Source: Scyliorhinus canicula
Lineage: Eukaryota
Reading direction: 5' to 3'
Length of the DNA stretch: 64,000 bases
Assembly: GCF_902713615.1 (NCBI RefSeq)
Contig: NC_052155.1
Location: forward strand, 122,971,031-123,035,030
The translations under genes were made by a program, and so were the position numbers. The notes beneath the pieces are model-generated. The model was not told where the DNA came from, did not search any database, and worked only from the letters and a program-made list of their open reading frames with translations. Positions within the stretch are counted from its first letter, which is position 1. Each line of letters starts with the position of its first letter. Shown in pieces: positions 37,930 to 50,495 of this stretch.

Positions 37930-39130
37930 GGCAGGATTCTCCGCCAGCGATGCTAGAATCAGGAAACGCGATCGGGCGGAAAATCGGGCATCAGCCGCAA
38001 ATCGAGGTGCCCATGCAATGCCGTGCTCCAGTGCCTTAACAATGGTGCGAATGTATTCCACGCCACACACTGGAGTAGGCATACAAATTGTACAATAAAC
38101 GCCATTGGCATATCATTAACGGGCCCGACCAATCAATTTCCAGGCCTCCAACTCCACCAAGAGGAACTACTGATGGTGAGGTTCACTTGTGGTATATAAA
38201 ATCAGGAAACTGGCGCTGTGGCTGCTGAGGGAGAGTGATGTGGTAGAAAAAAAATGTCCAACATCATTATAGTGTGCTAACAATTGAGCCGGTGGCTGGG
38301 GGGCTTCGGCCAAGGCCTGGGGGAGTAGAGGGGTCCGGCCAGGAGGTAGGCAGTGTGGTCGGGGTGGATGGGCATGGAACACCTTTGTCGCAGCCTGCGC
38401 ATGCCGTTTATTGCCCACAGTGAACTTAAACATAGAAAATAGAAGCATTTTGAGCACCCCTTAAGGCTCCTGAACCCTCTGGCTCCAGCCAACCCGTCAA
38501 TAAGATGGGCGTGCTCCAGCCCAACCAGTGCCATTTTCTTGGAAGGGATGAGGGAATGTGGGGAGCGGAGTGACTACATGCAGCTTCTGCTTGTCAGGTT
38601 CTCGAATGCCAATCCTGACCCTGGCGAATCACACCCTAGCGTTCGTTGGAATTGCACTAGTTCCACATGGCGCCTGTGCTAGCCCATTAGGACATGGGCA
38701 GCATGGTAGCACAAGTGACTAGCACTGTGGCTTCACAGCGCGAGGATCCCAGGTTCGATTCCCTGCTGGGTCACTGTCTTTGTGGAGTTTGCACTTTCTC
38801 TCCGTGTCTGCGTGGGTTTCCTCCGGGTGCCGGTCCGGTTTCCTTCCACAGTCCAAAGACGTGCAAGTTAGGTGGACTGGCCATGATAAATTGCACTTAG
38901 TGACCAAAAAGGTTAGGATGGATTATTAGGTTACAAGGATAGGGTGAAAGTGAGGGCTGAAGTGGGTCGGTGCAGACTCAATGGGCCGAATGGCCTCCTT
39001 CTGCATTGTATGTTCTATGCTGTTCTATGTCCTGAATCGCTCCGGGACCGGCACCACGTTCGGGGCCGTAGAACCCACACGATTCAGGCCCGGCATCATC
39101 ACTGAGTCTCTGGAATGGACAATCATCCCC
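37930..39130. mobile_element. Harbinger-type MITE carrying a nested SINE
   Basis: GGCAGGATTCTCC start and degenerate GGACAATCATCCCC end. Confidence 0.6.
38696..39030 (+). mobile_element. HE1-type V-SINE
   Basis: tRNA head, V-domain and CR1 tail. Confidence 0.9.
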
Positions 39131-39234
39131 CACATATGGTGCTCTGGAGTTATAGTTTTGGTGATTGATTCAAAATAATTCAGGAACAAATCAAAAATAA
39201 GGAATCTTTATCACTCAATCAAGATTGTAGAAAA

Positions 39235-39400
39235 GATTATCTAGTCAGCATCGTACTGGCAGCTTGCTGTGAGCAAATTGGTTGCCACATTTCTTACAAT
39301 ACAAAAGTAGCTACACCTTACAAATACCTGACAAATACATTACTGGCTGCACTTTAGGACGCCTTGTGGTGGTGAATGTTATATAAATGCAAGTCCTTGA
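39235..39400 (+). mobile_element. Deu-domain SINE (SacSINE1/AmnSINE1-like) 3' fragment
   Basis: cttgctgtgagcaaattggttgccacattt...gcactttaggac...tatataaatgcaagtc. Confidence 0.6.
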
Positions 39401-39686
39401 TGAATCAAAGCAATAAACATTCTGAAAGTTTTTCAGGTAAGTGTTTCAGAAATACATGGCTAATTATGATGTTCCTACTTTCAGGTCAAAAACTTAATGC
39501 CCTCATTGAGCAAACATTTTTCAAACTAAACTATGATCAACCCCACCACAATGCTGACTAATCTAGGTTTCCTCCTCAGTTCACCCTTGCTCCACGTCCC
39601 TCCCTCTCCTGAAGCTGCAAAAGCCAAAGAGCCTTGCACGGTCTCCAAACTCCTTGGCCCATGGTTAATTCCAACCTGACAAAAGA

Positions 39687-40670
39687 GGGGGAATTCTCCA
39701 ATCTGGGACAAGGTCCCGTGTCCGGAACAGGGAGTGTTTCCCCCTATGGAGGTCAATGGGAAACAATGCCCTATCTTCTGGCCGTGCGGCACGGTAGCAT
39801 TGTGGATAGCACAATCGCTTCACAGCTCCAGGGTCCCAGGTTCGATTCCGGCTTGGGCCACTGTCTGTGTGGAGTCTGCACATCCTCCCCGTGTGTGCGT
39901 GGGTTTCCTCTGGGTGCTCCGGTTTCCTCCCACAGTCCAAAGATGTGCAGGTTAGGTGGATTGGCCATGATAAATTGCCATTAGTGTCCAAAATTGCCCT
40001 TAGTGTTGGGTGGGATTACTGGGTTATGGGGATAGGGTGGAGGTGTTAACCTTGGGTAGGGTGCTCTTTCCAAGAGCCGGTGCAGACTCGATGGGCCGAA
40101 TGGCCTCCTTCTGCACTGTAAATTCTATGACAATGACCTCATGAAATACGCATCCGGTGGTTTCACACCATATTCCATTACGGGCAAGCTTCCTTGCGCA
40201 CGCCCTTCCATCATATCTGGACGCCAAATTTAAAAGGTGCTCATCATCACTGCCAAACTGTTGAAGGAAAAAGATGGACCACCTGAAAAGGGGGACCAAT
40301 CTCCAAGAATGCTCTGAGGCTGAAAGATGGGCCTCCTTGATGACACTGAGGCTGGAAGATCCACCTGATAGATGTTCTCCCCACCCACTGCTGTGGTGTC
40401 CCAGGCTCCAGTATCACTGGCAGTCTCCATCCTGAACCGTGGAGGAAGCCCCAGCCGTTCTTCAGGTAAGGTCCAACTTCTGCAAACAACATTGTTCCAG
40501 AAGTGTTCTGTGTTTTCAGAGAATCGGGGGTGGGGGGAAGATTCCAGTTGGGCCTTCATCTGCACCCCATCAGCGGGATTCAGATCAGTTTCACACCAGC
40601 TGAAAATCCCGTGGGAAACTCACACCAGCGTAAAACCAATTGTTGGGCCTCCGACTGAATTCTGCATCCT
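39687..40670. mobile_element. Harbinger-type MITE with a nested SINE
   Basis: GGGGGAATTCTCC start and degenerate GAATTCTGCATCC end. Confidence 0.5.
39785..40130 (+). mobile_element. HE1-type V-SINE
   Basis: Near-identical to the reverse complement of 57292-57636. Confidence 0.92.
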
Positions 40671-41109
40671 CACTTTCTGACACAGCGATGAGAGCGATGG
40701 TTCAGAGTCATGGTTGGCACAAAGGAGGTCTGCTGGTAATAAATAAATATATTTTGGATTGCGAATATATCAGTGGAAATCCCAATTTATCATCCAATAA
40801 AACCCCGTATTGACTTAATAATTGCAAATTAAAGGGAAACAGAAGCTGGGTTTGATTTTGAGTCAGGAAGCTACCTCTGGGGGAGGTGGGAGGAGCTGAT
40901 TAAAGTTAAGATTTTCATGAGGGTAAGCTCTTAATTGATATGGAGATGGATTTGCTGTCCACGCAAAGCCAGTGGGAGCAGGAAGCGAGGTGGATCAGAT
41001 GACGTGTGGGATTGATTTTGACTCCCTATGGCAGCCAACATGCAGGCAGCTGACTGTTTTTTAAAATTAAAAATCTGATGATATCTAGGCACCAGAATGA
41101 AGTGAGACA

Positions 41110-41232
41110 TCTTTGTTCTTTTAGACCTTGGAAAATAGGCAACAGGTTTAGATAAGGGATCTGGATCGGCGCAGGCTGGGAGGGCCGAAGGGCCTGTTCC
41201 TGTGCTGTAATTTTATTTGTTCTTTGTTCTTT
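41110..41232 (+). mobile_element. Very short 5'-truncated CR1 tail
   Basis: gggccgaagggcctgttcctgtgctgtaatt followed by (ctttgtt)n. Confidence 0.65.
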
Positions 41233-42057
41233 GTTATCACAAGGAAGCCAGAGGCCTTGCACCTGAGGTGGGGCTACTTCATCAATGCCTCCTCAATCAA
41301 ATACTGGAGGCTAAGGGGGAGTGAAGGGAGGTCCTCTTCTCAGAAGGTGAAAGAGGAGCACGAGGAAAATAGGAAACAAGAACGAGTGAGCCATTTAGGC
41401 CCTAAAGCCTACTCCATCATTCAGCTAAATCATGGCTGATTTCTACTTCAACGTCATTTTCCCATACTACCATTGTATCCCTTGACATCTTTAATATCTA
41501 GAATCTATTAATCTTTGTCTTGAACATACTCAATGATTGAACATCCACAGCCGTCTAGAATAGAGAATTCCAAAGGTTCACATCCCTCTGACTGAATAAA
41601 TGCCCTTACATCGCAGTCCTAAATGGCCTACCCCTTTTTCTGTCCCCAGTTCTAGACGTGCTAATATGTTTATTAGAACAATTGCTTTTTCATCTTGCTC
41701 AGTGAAAATGTTGTTTTAATCTCCAATTAGTTTATGCATGTGTCAGGCATTTTGTGTCTCTGTTGAAGCTCTGTGTTTTATCATGACCTGAGGATTTGAG
41801 TGCTGAAATCCTCATTTTAAATGAGTATTAAAACTGTGGTTTAATATTTACACTAAGTAGCCTTCTTTTACCTACCAGATCTATCAGGAAATAGTCGATT
41901 ACTATCAAGGACCAAGCACTGAGCTTTGCAATACCCACATACTGCTAACCTGAGAAGGACTCATTTCATTCTATTCTCTGTTTTCAGTCCATTAACCAAA
42001 TCTCTATCTTGCCAGAAATTTACCCCCAATCCCATGTACTCTAATTTTGCAAACCTT

Positions 42058-43429
42058 GGACGGGATTCTCCGCCAGCGGGATGCTCCATTTTGCCGGCAG
42101 CCAAGGGGGTTTCCCGACGGTGTGGGGCTGCCCCACAACGGGAAACCCCATTGACCGGCCGGCATAACGGAGCATCCCGCCGGCGGGGAGAAGCAGAAAT
42201 GTGGCGTGGCGAGACGGAGCATCCTGCCAGCAGGGTGAAGCAGAAATGTGGCGTGGCGAGACGGAGCATCCCGCTGGCGGGGTGAAGCAGAAATGTGGCG
42301 TGGCGAGACGGAGCATTCTGCCGGCGGGGTGAAGCAGAAATGCGGCGTGGCAAGACAGAGCATCCCGCTGGCGGGGTGAAGCAGAAATGTGGCGTGGCGG
42401 GGTGAAGCAGAAATGTGGCGTGGGGAGACGGAGCATCCCGCTGGCGGGGTGAAGCAGAAATGTGGCGTGGCGAGACGGAGCATCCCGCTGGCGGGGTGAA
42501 GCAGAAATGTGGCGTGGGGAGACGGAGCATCCCGCTGGCGGGGTGAAGCAGAAATGTGGCGTGGGGAGACGGAGCATCCCGCTGGCGGGGTGAAGCAGAA
42601 ATGTGGCGTGGCGAGACGGAGCATCCCGCTGGCGGGGTGAAGCAGAAATGTGGCGTGGCGAGACGGAGCATCCCGCTGGCAGAGTGAAGCAGAAATGTGG
42701 CGTGGGGAGACGGAGCATCCCGCTGGCGGGGTGAAGCAGAAATGTGGCGTGGGGAGACGGAGCATCCCGCTGGCGGGGTGAAGCAGAAATGTGGCGTGGG
42801 GAGACGGAGCACCCCGCTGGCGGGGTGAAGCAGAAATGTGGCGTGGCGAGACGGAGCATCCCGCTGGCGGGGTGAAGCAGAAATGTGGCGTGGCGAGACG
42901 GAGCATCCCGCTGGCAGAGTGAATCAGAAATGTGGCGTGGCGAGACGGAGCATCCCGCTGGCGGGGTGAAGCAGAAATGTGGCGTGGCGAGACGGAGCAT
43001 CCCGCTGGCGGGGTGAAGCAGAAATGTGGCGTGGCGAGACGGAGCATCCCGCTGGCGGGGTGAAGCAGAAATGTGGCGTGGCGAGACGGAGCATCCCGCT
43101 GGCGGGGTGAAGCAGAAATGTGGCGTGGCGAGACGGAGCATCCCGCTGGCGGGGTGAAGCAGAAATGTGGCGTGGCGAGACGGAGCATCCCGCTGGCGGG
43201 GTGAAGCAGAAATGTGGCGTGGCGAGATGGAGCATCCCGCTGGCGGGGTGAAGCAGAAATGTGGCGTGGCGAGACGGAGCATCCCGCTGGCGGGGTGAAG
43301 CACAAATGTGGCGTGGGGAGACGGAGCATCCCACTGGCGGGGTGAAGCAGGAATGTGGCGTGGCGAGACGGAGCATCCCGCTGGCGGGGTGAAGCAGAAA
43401 TGTGGCGTGGCGAGACGGAGCATCCCGCG
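42058..43429 (+). mobile_element. Short Harbinger-type MITE whose 3' 47-bp segment is amplified into a tandem array
   Basis: Left TIR GGACGGGATTCTCC, homology to the 19459 copy, possible TSD ctt. Confidence 0.8.
42167..43429 (+). repeat. 47-bp minisatellite (26 full units, one partial unit and a terminal motif)
   Basis: acggagcatcccgctggcggggtgaagcagaaatgtggcgtggcgag at exact 47-bp spacing (42167, 42214, 42261 ... 43415). Confidence 0.97.
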
Positions 43430-44175
43430 CTTCCTCTTTGGGACCTTATTGAAAAACTTCTGAAAATTAAATTGTACCACATCCAAGGGTTCCTCATTAT
43501 CTACTTTGCGAGTCACATCCTTAAAAAATGCTGTCCAGTTTGTTAAACATGATTTCCCTTTCATAACTCCACGGTGACTCTGTCTAATTCTACTATTATT
43601 TTCTAAGTATCCAGTTATAGGATGTTATTTCCCGTACTATTGATATCAGATTTACAGATCCATCATTCCCCATTTTCTCTCACCCCCCTTTCTTAACTAG
43701 TGAGGTTACATTTGATACCTCGCATTCGACAGAAATTGTTCCAGAAACTATGAAATTTTGCTCGATGATCACCAATGCATCCGTAATCTCTACAGCCACT
43801 TCTTTCAACATCTAGGATGTAGATTGGCAGGTCCTGGCGATTTGTCAACTTTAAATCCCATTGTTTTCTCCAGTACTACTTTTTTACGAAATTTGTATTC
43901 TTTCAGTTCCTCATTCTTGCTGGGCCCTTGGTTATCAATTCCTTGGAGGTAATTTTGCATCTTCCTGCGTGAAGATGAACACAATGGCCAGAACCTTCCC
44001 AATATTTGGCGAATGTCATTTTAGGTGCAAAAACCGATGTGTATCCTGTTGGCCCCGTTGGCATGGTCTCGACCGGAATTGTTAGACAATTTTTCATGCA
44101 AATAATGCCGTGCTCATGGCGATCTGTCTGATTTGATTTGCCTGCCAAGGGGTCTTCTGAGCAGTTCCACAGTTC

Positions 44176-44387
44176 AAGCCAGCTCCAAGGTTCACAAAGA
44201 GTACCCTGACATGGATTTTAGGAGGAGAGGAGGGCAATCATCTACCCGCAGGCGGGTAGGAGACCTTCCATTAAGGTGACCAACCCTGCAAGGCAATGGT
44301 GGCCATGCTGGTAGTGCCAGAACTCTTCAAAAGCGGATGGGAGTGAAGTGCAGGAAAAAAATGAATGACTTCCTCCGTGCTGTCAGG
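44176..44387 (+). pseudogene. Harbinger Myb/SANT-like DNA-binding protein, exon 1 remnant
   Basis: KPAPRF...EERRAIIYPQAGRRPS...KRMGVKCRKKMNDFLRAVR|gtaagt, frameshifted. Confidence 0.7.
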
Positions 44388-45254
44388 GTAAGTATCAGGG
44401 TAAGTGCCTTTTGTTTTATCTCTCTATTCTCCCACTCACACACTCCTCACTATGCCACTTGGACCCTACTTTCTGTCACCTCGCTGGGTCCCACCACTCA
44501 AAATCTCTTCGTCAACCTCCCTGAAACTCCTCTCATCATAAGAACATAAGAACTAGGAGCAGGAGTAGGCCATCTGGCCCTCGAGCCTGCTCCGCCATTC
44601 AATGAGATCATGGCTGATCTTTTGTGGACTCAGCTCCTCTTTTCGGCCCGTCCACCATAACCCTTAATCCCTTTATTCTTCAAAAAACTATCGATCTTTA
44701 TCTTAAAAACATTTAATGAAGGAGACTCAACTGCTTCACTGGACAAGAAATTCCATAGATTCACAATCCTTTGGGTGAAGAAGTTCCTCCTAAACTCTAC
44801 CACTTATTTTGAGGCTATGCCCCCTAGTTCTGCTTTCACCCGCCAGTGGAAACAACCTGCCCACATCTATCCTATCTATTCCCTTCATAATTTAATATGT
44901 TTCTATAAGATCCCCCCCCCCCCCCACCCCGCATCAACCTCTCCTCGTAATACAACCCCTTCGACTCTGGGATTAATTCAGTGAATCTCCTCTGCACACC
45001 CTCCAGCGCCAGTATATCCTTTCTCAGGTGAGGAGACCAAAACTGAACACAATACTCCAGGTGTGGCCTCACTAACACCTAATACAATTGCAGCAAAACC
45101 TCCCTAGTCTTAAACTCCATCCCTCTAGCAATGAAGGACAAAATTCCATTTGCCTTCTTAATCACCTGTTGCACCCGTAAACCAACTTTTTGCGACTCAT
45201 GCACTAGCACACCCAGGTCTCTCTACACAGCAGCATGTTTTAATATTTTATCAT

Positions 45255-46253
45255 TTAAATAATAACCTCACATTTGTCAACATTGTATTCCATCTGCCAG
45301 ACTCTAGCCCATTCACTTAACCTATCCAAATCCCTCTGCAGACTTCCGGTATCCTCTGCACTTTTTGCTTTACCACTCATCTTAGTGTCGTCTGCAAACT
45401 TGGACACATTGCACTTGGTCCCCAACTCCAACTCATCAATGTAAATTGTGAACAATTGTGGGCCCAACACTGATCCCTGAGGGACACCACTAGCTACTGA
45501 TTGCCAACCAGAGAAACACCCATTAATCTCCACTCTTTGCTTTATTTTAATTAACCAATCCTCTATCCATGCTACTACTTTACTCTTAATGACATGCAGC
45601 AACCTTTTGTGTGGCACCTTGTCAAAGGCTTTCTGGAAATCCAGATATACCACATCCATTGGCTCCCCGTTATCTACTGCACTGGTAATGTCCTCAAAAA
45701 ATTCCACTAAATTAGTTAGGCACGACCTGCCCTTTATGAACCCATGCTGCGTCTGCCCAATAGGACAATTTCCATCCAGATGCCTCGCTATTTCTTCCTT
45801 GATGATAGATTCCAGCCTCTTCCCTACTACCGAAGTTAAGCTAACTGGCCTATAATTACCTGTTTTCTGACTATCTCCTTTTTTAAACAGTGGTGTCACG
45901 TTTGCTAATTTCCAATCCGCCGGGACCACCCCAGAGTCCAGTGAATTTTGGTAAATTATCACTAGTGCATTTGCAATTTCCCTAGCCATCTCTTTCAGCA
46001 TCCTGGGATGCATTCCATCAGGGCCAGGAGACTTGTCTACCTTTAGCCCCATTAGCTTGCCCATCACTACCTCCTTAGTGATAACAATAATCTGAAGGTC
46101 CTCACCTGTCATAGCTTCATTTCCATCAGTCACTGGCATGTTATTTATGTCTTCCGAACCAAAAAACCTGTTCAGTTCTTCAGCCATTTCCTCATCTCTC
46201 ATTATTAAATCTCCCTTCTCATCCTCCCAAGTACCAATATTTACCTTAGCCAC
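45255..46253 (-). pseudogene. CR1 ORF2 reverse transcriptase, open 332-aa fragment
   Basis: Contains the RT motifs through KFADD, with an internal deletion after KVPHKRLL. Confidence 0.9.
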
Positions 46254-47699
46254 TCGTTTTTGTTTTATATATTTGTAGAAACTTTTTACTATCTGTTTTT
46301 ATATTCTGAGCAAGTTTACTCTCATAATCTACCTTACTCTTCTTATTGCTTTTTTAGTAGCTTTCTGTTGCCCCTTAAAGATTTCCCAGTCCTCTAGTCT
46401 CCCACTAATCTTTGCCACTTTGTATGTTTTTTCCTTCAATTTGATACTCTCCCTTATTTCCTTAGATATCCACGGGTGATTTTCCCTCTTTCTACCGTCC
46501 TTCCTTTTTGTTGGTATAAACCTTTGCTGAGCACTGTGAAAAATCGCTTGGAGGGTTCTTCACTATTCCTCAACTGTTTCACCATAAAGTCTTTGCTCGC
46601 AGTCTACCTTCGCTAGCTTGTCTCTCATCCCATTGTAATCTACTTTGTTTAAGCACAAAACACTAGTGTTTAATTTTACCTTCTCACCCTCCATCTGTAT
46701 TTTAAATTCCACCATATTGTGATTGCTCCTTCCGAGAAGATCCCTAACTGTGAGATCATTAATCAATCCTGTCTCATTTCACAGAACCAGATCTAGGACC
46801 GCTTATTCCCTCGTAGGTTCCATTACATAGTGTTCTAGGAAACTATCGTGGATACATTCTATAAACTCCTCCTCAAGGCTGCCTTGACCGACCTGGTTAA
46901 ACCAATCGACATGTAGATTAAAATCCCCCATGATAACTGCTGTACCATTTCTACGTGCATCAGTTATTTCTTTCTTTATTGCCTACCCCACCATATTGTT
47001 ACTATTTGGTGGCCTATAGATTACTCCTATCAGTGACTTTTTCACCTTACTATTCCTGATTTCCACCCAAATGGATTAACCTTGTCCTTCATAGCACCGA
47101 TGTCATCCCTTACTATTGCCCGGATGTCATCCTTAAATAACAGAGCTACACCACCTCCCTTACCATCCACTCTGTATTTCCGAATAGTTTGATACCCTTG
47201 GATATTTAACTCCCAGTCGTGACAATCCTTTAAACCATGTTTCAGTAATGGCCACTAAATCAGAGTCATTCACGATAATTTGCGCCATCAACTCATTTAC
47301 CTTATTCTGAATACTACGAGCATTCAGGGAAAGTAGACTTATGTTGGCTTTTATACTTCTGTTTTGAATCTTAACACCTTGATCAGTAACCTCTCCTAAG
47401 TTATTTTTTCTCTTAACTTTTCTCCTAATTTTCCTTGTCGTTGAACCCATATCTTCATGTAACAACCTGCTACGTTGCTTTCCATTTATGTTTTTACTTC
47501 CCATTTTATTCCTTTTAGTAGTACTGAGCCTATTCACTGAGCTCCCCTCAGTCACTGTACCTTGTACTGTTACCCTTTTTGATTTTTGACTATGGCTTCT
47601 CTGCCTTACACTTTCTCCCTTAATGCCTTTTGTTTCTGTCCCTGTTTTACTACCTTCTGACTTCCTGCATCGGTTCCCAACCCCCTGACACATTAGTTT

Positions 47700-48078
47700 A
47701 AACACTCCTCAACCGCTCTAGCAAATAGCCCCCCCCCCCCCCCCCCCCCCGAGGACATCAGTTCCAGTCCTGCCCAGGTATAACCAGTCCAGTTTGTACA
47801 CGTCCCACCTCCCCCAGAACCAGTCCCAATGCCCCAGGAATCTGAAACCCTCCCCCTGACATCATCCCTTCAGCCACGTATTCATCCTGTATATCCTGCC
47901 ATTTCTACTCTGACTAGCACGTGGCACCGGTAGTAATCCTGAGATCACTACCTTCGAGGTCTGATTTCTTAACTTCCTTCCTAGCTCCCTGTATTCTGCT
48001 TGTCGGACCTCATCCCTTTTTTTACCTATGTCGTTTGTAGCGTTGTGAACCACGACCACTGGCTGTTCACCCTCCCCC

Positions 48079-48111
<33 letters not shown>

Positions 48112-48669
48112 AGAATGTCCTGTACCCACTCCAAGACATCCTTGACCCTAGCACCAGGGAGGCAACATACCATCCTGGAGTCTTGTTTGCGGCTGTCTAT
48201 TCCCCTTACAATTGAATCCCCTATAACTATTGCACTGTCACACTTACCACCCCTCCCCTCTGCAGCAGAACCAACCATGGTGCCACGAGTTTGGCTGTTG
48301 CTGTTTTCTCCTGAGAGGCCATTCCCCTCAACAGTATCCAAAGCAGTATATCTGTTCTGCAGGGGAATGGCACAGGAGATTCCTGCACTACCTGCCTCGC
48401 TCTCTTGCTCTGTCTGGTGGTCACCCATTCCCTTCCTGCCTGTGGAGTCTGAGCCTGCGGTGTGACCACCTCTCTATATGTGCTATCCACGATGCTCTTG
48501 GACTCACGAATGCTCCACAGGGTCTCCAGCCACCACTCCAGCTCTGAAACTCGAGCTTCCAGGAGCTGTAACACTTACTACACAAATGCAGACCCTGGGG
48601 ACTGGAACTGTCCCCAGCCTGCCACATGGAGCTAGAGGAGCAGACCACGCCTTGGAGCTGTTCTGCCAT
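47700..48669 (-). pseudogene. CR1 ORF1 (zinc finger plus SGNH/GDSL esterase), frameshifted
   Basis: MAEQLQGVVCSSSSMW..CSKC, GDSIVRG and TND blocks. Confidence 0.85.
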
Positions 48670-49086
48670 GATTTATTCCTTTAATTAAAACTTTTGAAAT
48701 TAAACTTTAGAAATATGTTTTTGTGTCGGATTATATCCAATCTCCTGTATACTATTTAATTAGCTTTATCCCTGAGTATTTATCTTGTTTGATCTGACAA
48801 CAAATTAAATAATTATTTAATTGAAATTTAAAAAGTTATTTAATTAAAATTTTAAAAGTTATTTAAATCAACTTAAAAATAGTAATTTAAAATCAACCCA
48901 AAAGTTATTAAAGTGAGATTAAAAAATTAAAAAATAGTAATTCAAATCAACATAAAAATAGTAATCTAATTCAAATTTAACAAATAGTAATTTAAATCAA
49001 ATTAAAACTAGTAACTCCACAAATATTCAAATTTAGCCCAGTCTGCCTTTCAGCCAATCAGGTCATGGTCTCCTGTGACGTCACTA

Positions 49087-49815
49087 CAGTAGTCCCCCGT
49101 TATACCGTGCTCCGCAATACCGCGGTTCGCGATATACCGCGGGGGGGCTTATGGACCCCAACTGTCAGTTGTGTCAATTTCAGCGGCCGGCTCACTTTGA
49201 TCCGGAGAGGGAAGCTGCTCTCGCTGAAGCAATCAGCCGGCCGCTGAAATTGACACTGCCCACTGCTCTCTCCCTCCAATCCAACTTTTAAGTTTTAATG
49301 TTTCTGATTGGAGGGAGAGAGCAGCGGGCAGTGTCAATTTCAGCGGCCGGCTGATTGCTTCAGTGAGAGAGCAGCTTCCCTCTCTGGATCAAAGTGAGCC
49401 GTCCGCTGAAATTGACACTGCCGGCTGCTCTCTCCCTCCAATCAGAAACATTAAAACTTAAAAGTTGGATTGGAGGGAGAGAGCAGCGGGCAGTGTCAAT
49501 TTCAGCGACCGGCTGATTGTTTCAGTGAGAGCAGCTTCCCTCTCCGGATCAAAGTGAGCCGGCCGCTGAAATTGACACTTTTAATTGGATCCACGATGGG
49601 GGTTTTAAATTTATTTAAAAATCTATGCTAGCGCTTCCCATTGTGAGTCTACGGGGGTCTGACCTCTCCCCCCGCCCCCCGTAGACTCACAATGGGAAGC
49701 GCTAGCATAGATTTTTAAATAAATTTAAAACCCCCATCATGGATATCCACGGCTCGGATACAACGCGGGTGGCTGTCTTGGACCCCAACACCCGCGTTAT
49801 AAAGGGGGACTACTG
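49087..49815. mobile_element. Tigger/pogo (Tc1-mariner superfamily) MITE with nested hairpins
   Basis: TA TSD (49085-49086, 49816-49817). TIRs CAGTAGTCCCCC(G/T)TTATA(C/A)CG resemble the MER44/Tigger7 end as I remember it. Confidence 0.88.
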
Positions 49816-49859
49816 TATATTGGTGTTTTTTCAATTTTAAACTAACAGAGAAGCAGCTG

Positions 49860-50245
49860 CCCTACCGGCAGCAGTGTCCCGCGCAGTGTCCCATGCAGAT
49901 CCGCTCCTCTTTGCTCAGTCCGAGCCTAGCGCTGCCTTTATCCTCTCCCTGCAGCAGAGTCCCGCGCAGTCCCGCTCCTTTGCTCCCGGTAGGTAAGTGA
50001 AGGCCTCAAGCCTGGTGCTGCCTTTATCCTCTCCCCTGCAGCAGTGTCCTGCGCAGATCTGCTCCTCTTTGCTCAGCCCCGAGCCTGACTCTACCTTTAT
50101 CCTCTCCCTGCAGCAGAGTCCCGCGCAGTCCCGCTCCTTTGCTCCCGGTAGGTAAGTGAAGGCCTCAAGCCTGGTGCTGCCTTTATCCTCTCCCCTGCAG
50201 CAGTGTCCCGCCCAGGTCCGCTCCTCTCTGCTCCCGGAAGGTAAT
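49860..50245 (-). repeat. CR1 5'UTR tandem repeat (period about 158 bp, 2+ copies)
   Basis: gcagatc.gctcctctttgctcag at 49895 and 50053. Confidence 0.85.
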
Positions 50246-50349
50246 TCACCATTCATCCCTGCTCACACGCAGTACTCATACATGCCAGGTGTCAGTGCCA
50301 TCTGACCCGGTGCGGCCTTTTTACAACCACTCCACCTGTCTCCTTTCAG

Positions 50350-50495
50350 GAGAAGCTTGCTCATAATCACTGCGTGAGAGCAGAGATGAATGGTGGAATG
50401 GTGGAACTCTGGACCTTCACTCCATATGAGGAGAGAGCACTGGAGCTCACAGGGGAGGAACAGGAGTGGGCTTGTGCAGGGAGTGAGGTGTGCAG
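50350..50495 (+). pseudogene. Harbinger Myb/SANT-like protein, exon 2 remnant
   Basis: tcctttcag|EKLAHNHCVRAEMNGGMVELWTFTPYEERALELTGEEQEWAC, resembling the EK..HN..E...TGGG...LTP.EER.L motif. Joins the phase-0 donor at 44388. Confidence 0.7.

Larger units (their letters stand above)
41370..43980 (-). mobile_element. Decayed CR1 LINE RT fragments hosting the MITE array
   Basis: KGKSCLTN...FQKFFNKVP and MGFKVDKSPGP peptides, 3' tail near 41370. Confidence 0.75.
44537..50245 (-). mobile_element. Near full-length CR1/HER1-type LINE (5'UTR repeats, ORF1 zinc finger plus SGNH esterase, ORF2 EN plus RT), inactivated
   Basis: ORF1 VIGDSIVRG, CCLPGARVKDV, TNDI and VVISGLLPV. ORF2 NARSI, ITETW, NYRPVSLTS, YLDFQKAFDKVPH, GVPQGSVLGP and KFADD. 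3' tail reads cataagaacataagaa on the + strand. Frameshifts and deletions are present. Confidence 0.95.

Noticed and set aside
41961-43564. 497-aa and 507-aa ORFs
   Set aside because: These are the 47-bp array read on the minus strand, fused by chance to a short CR1 RT fragment.
44537-50245. Active autonomous CR1
   Set aside because: Frameshifts, stops, internal deletions and a MITE insertion disrupt it.
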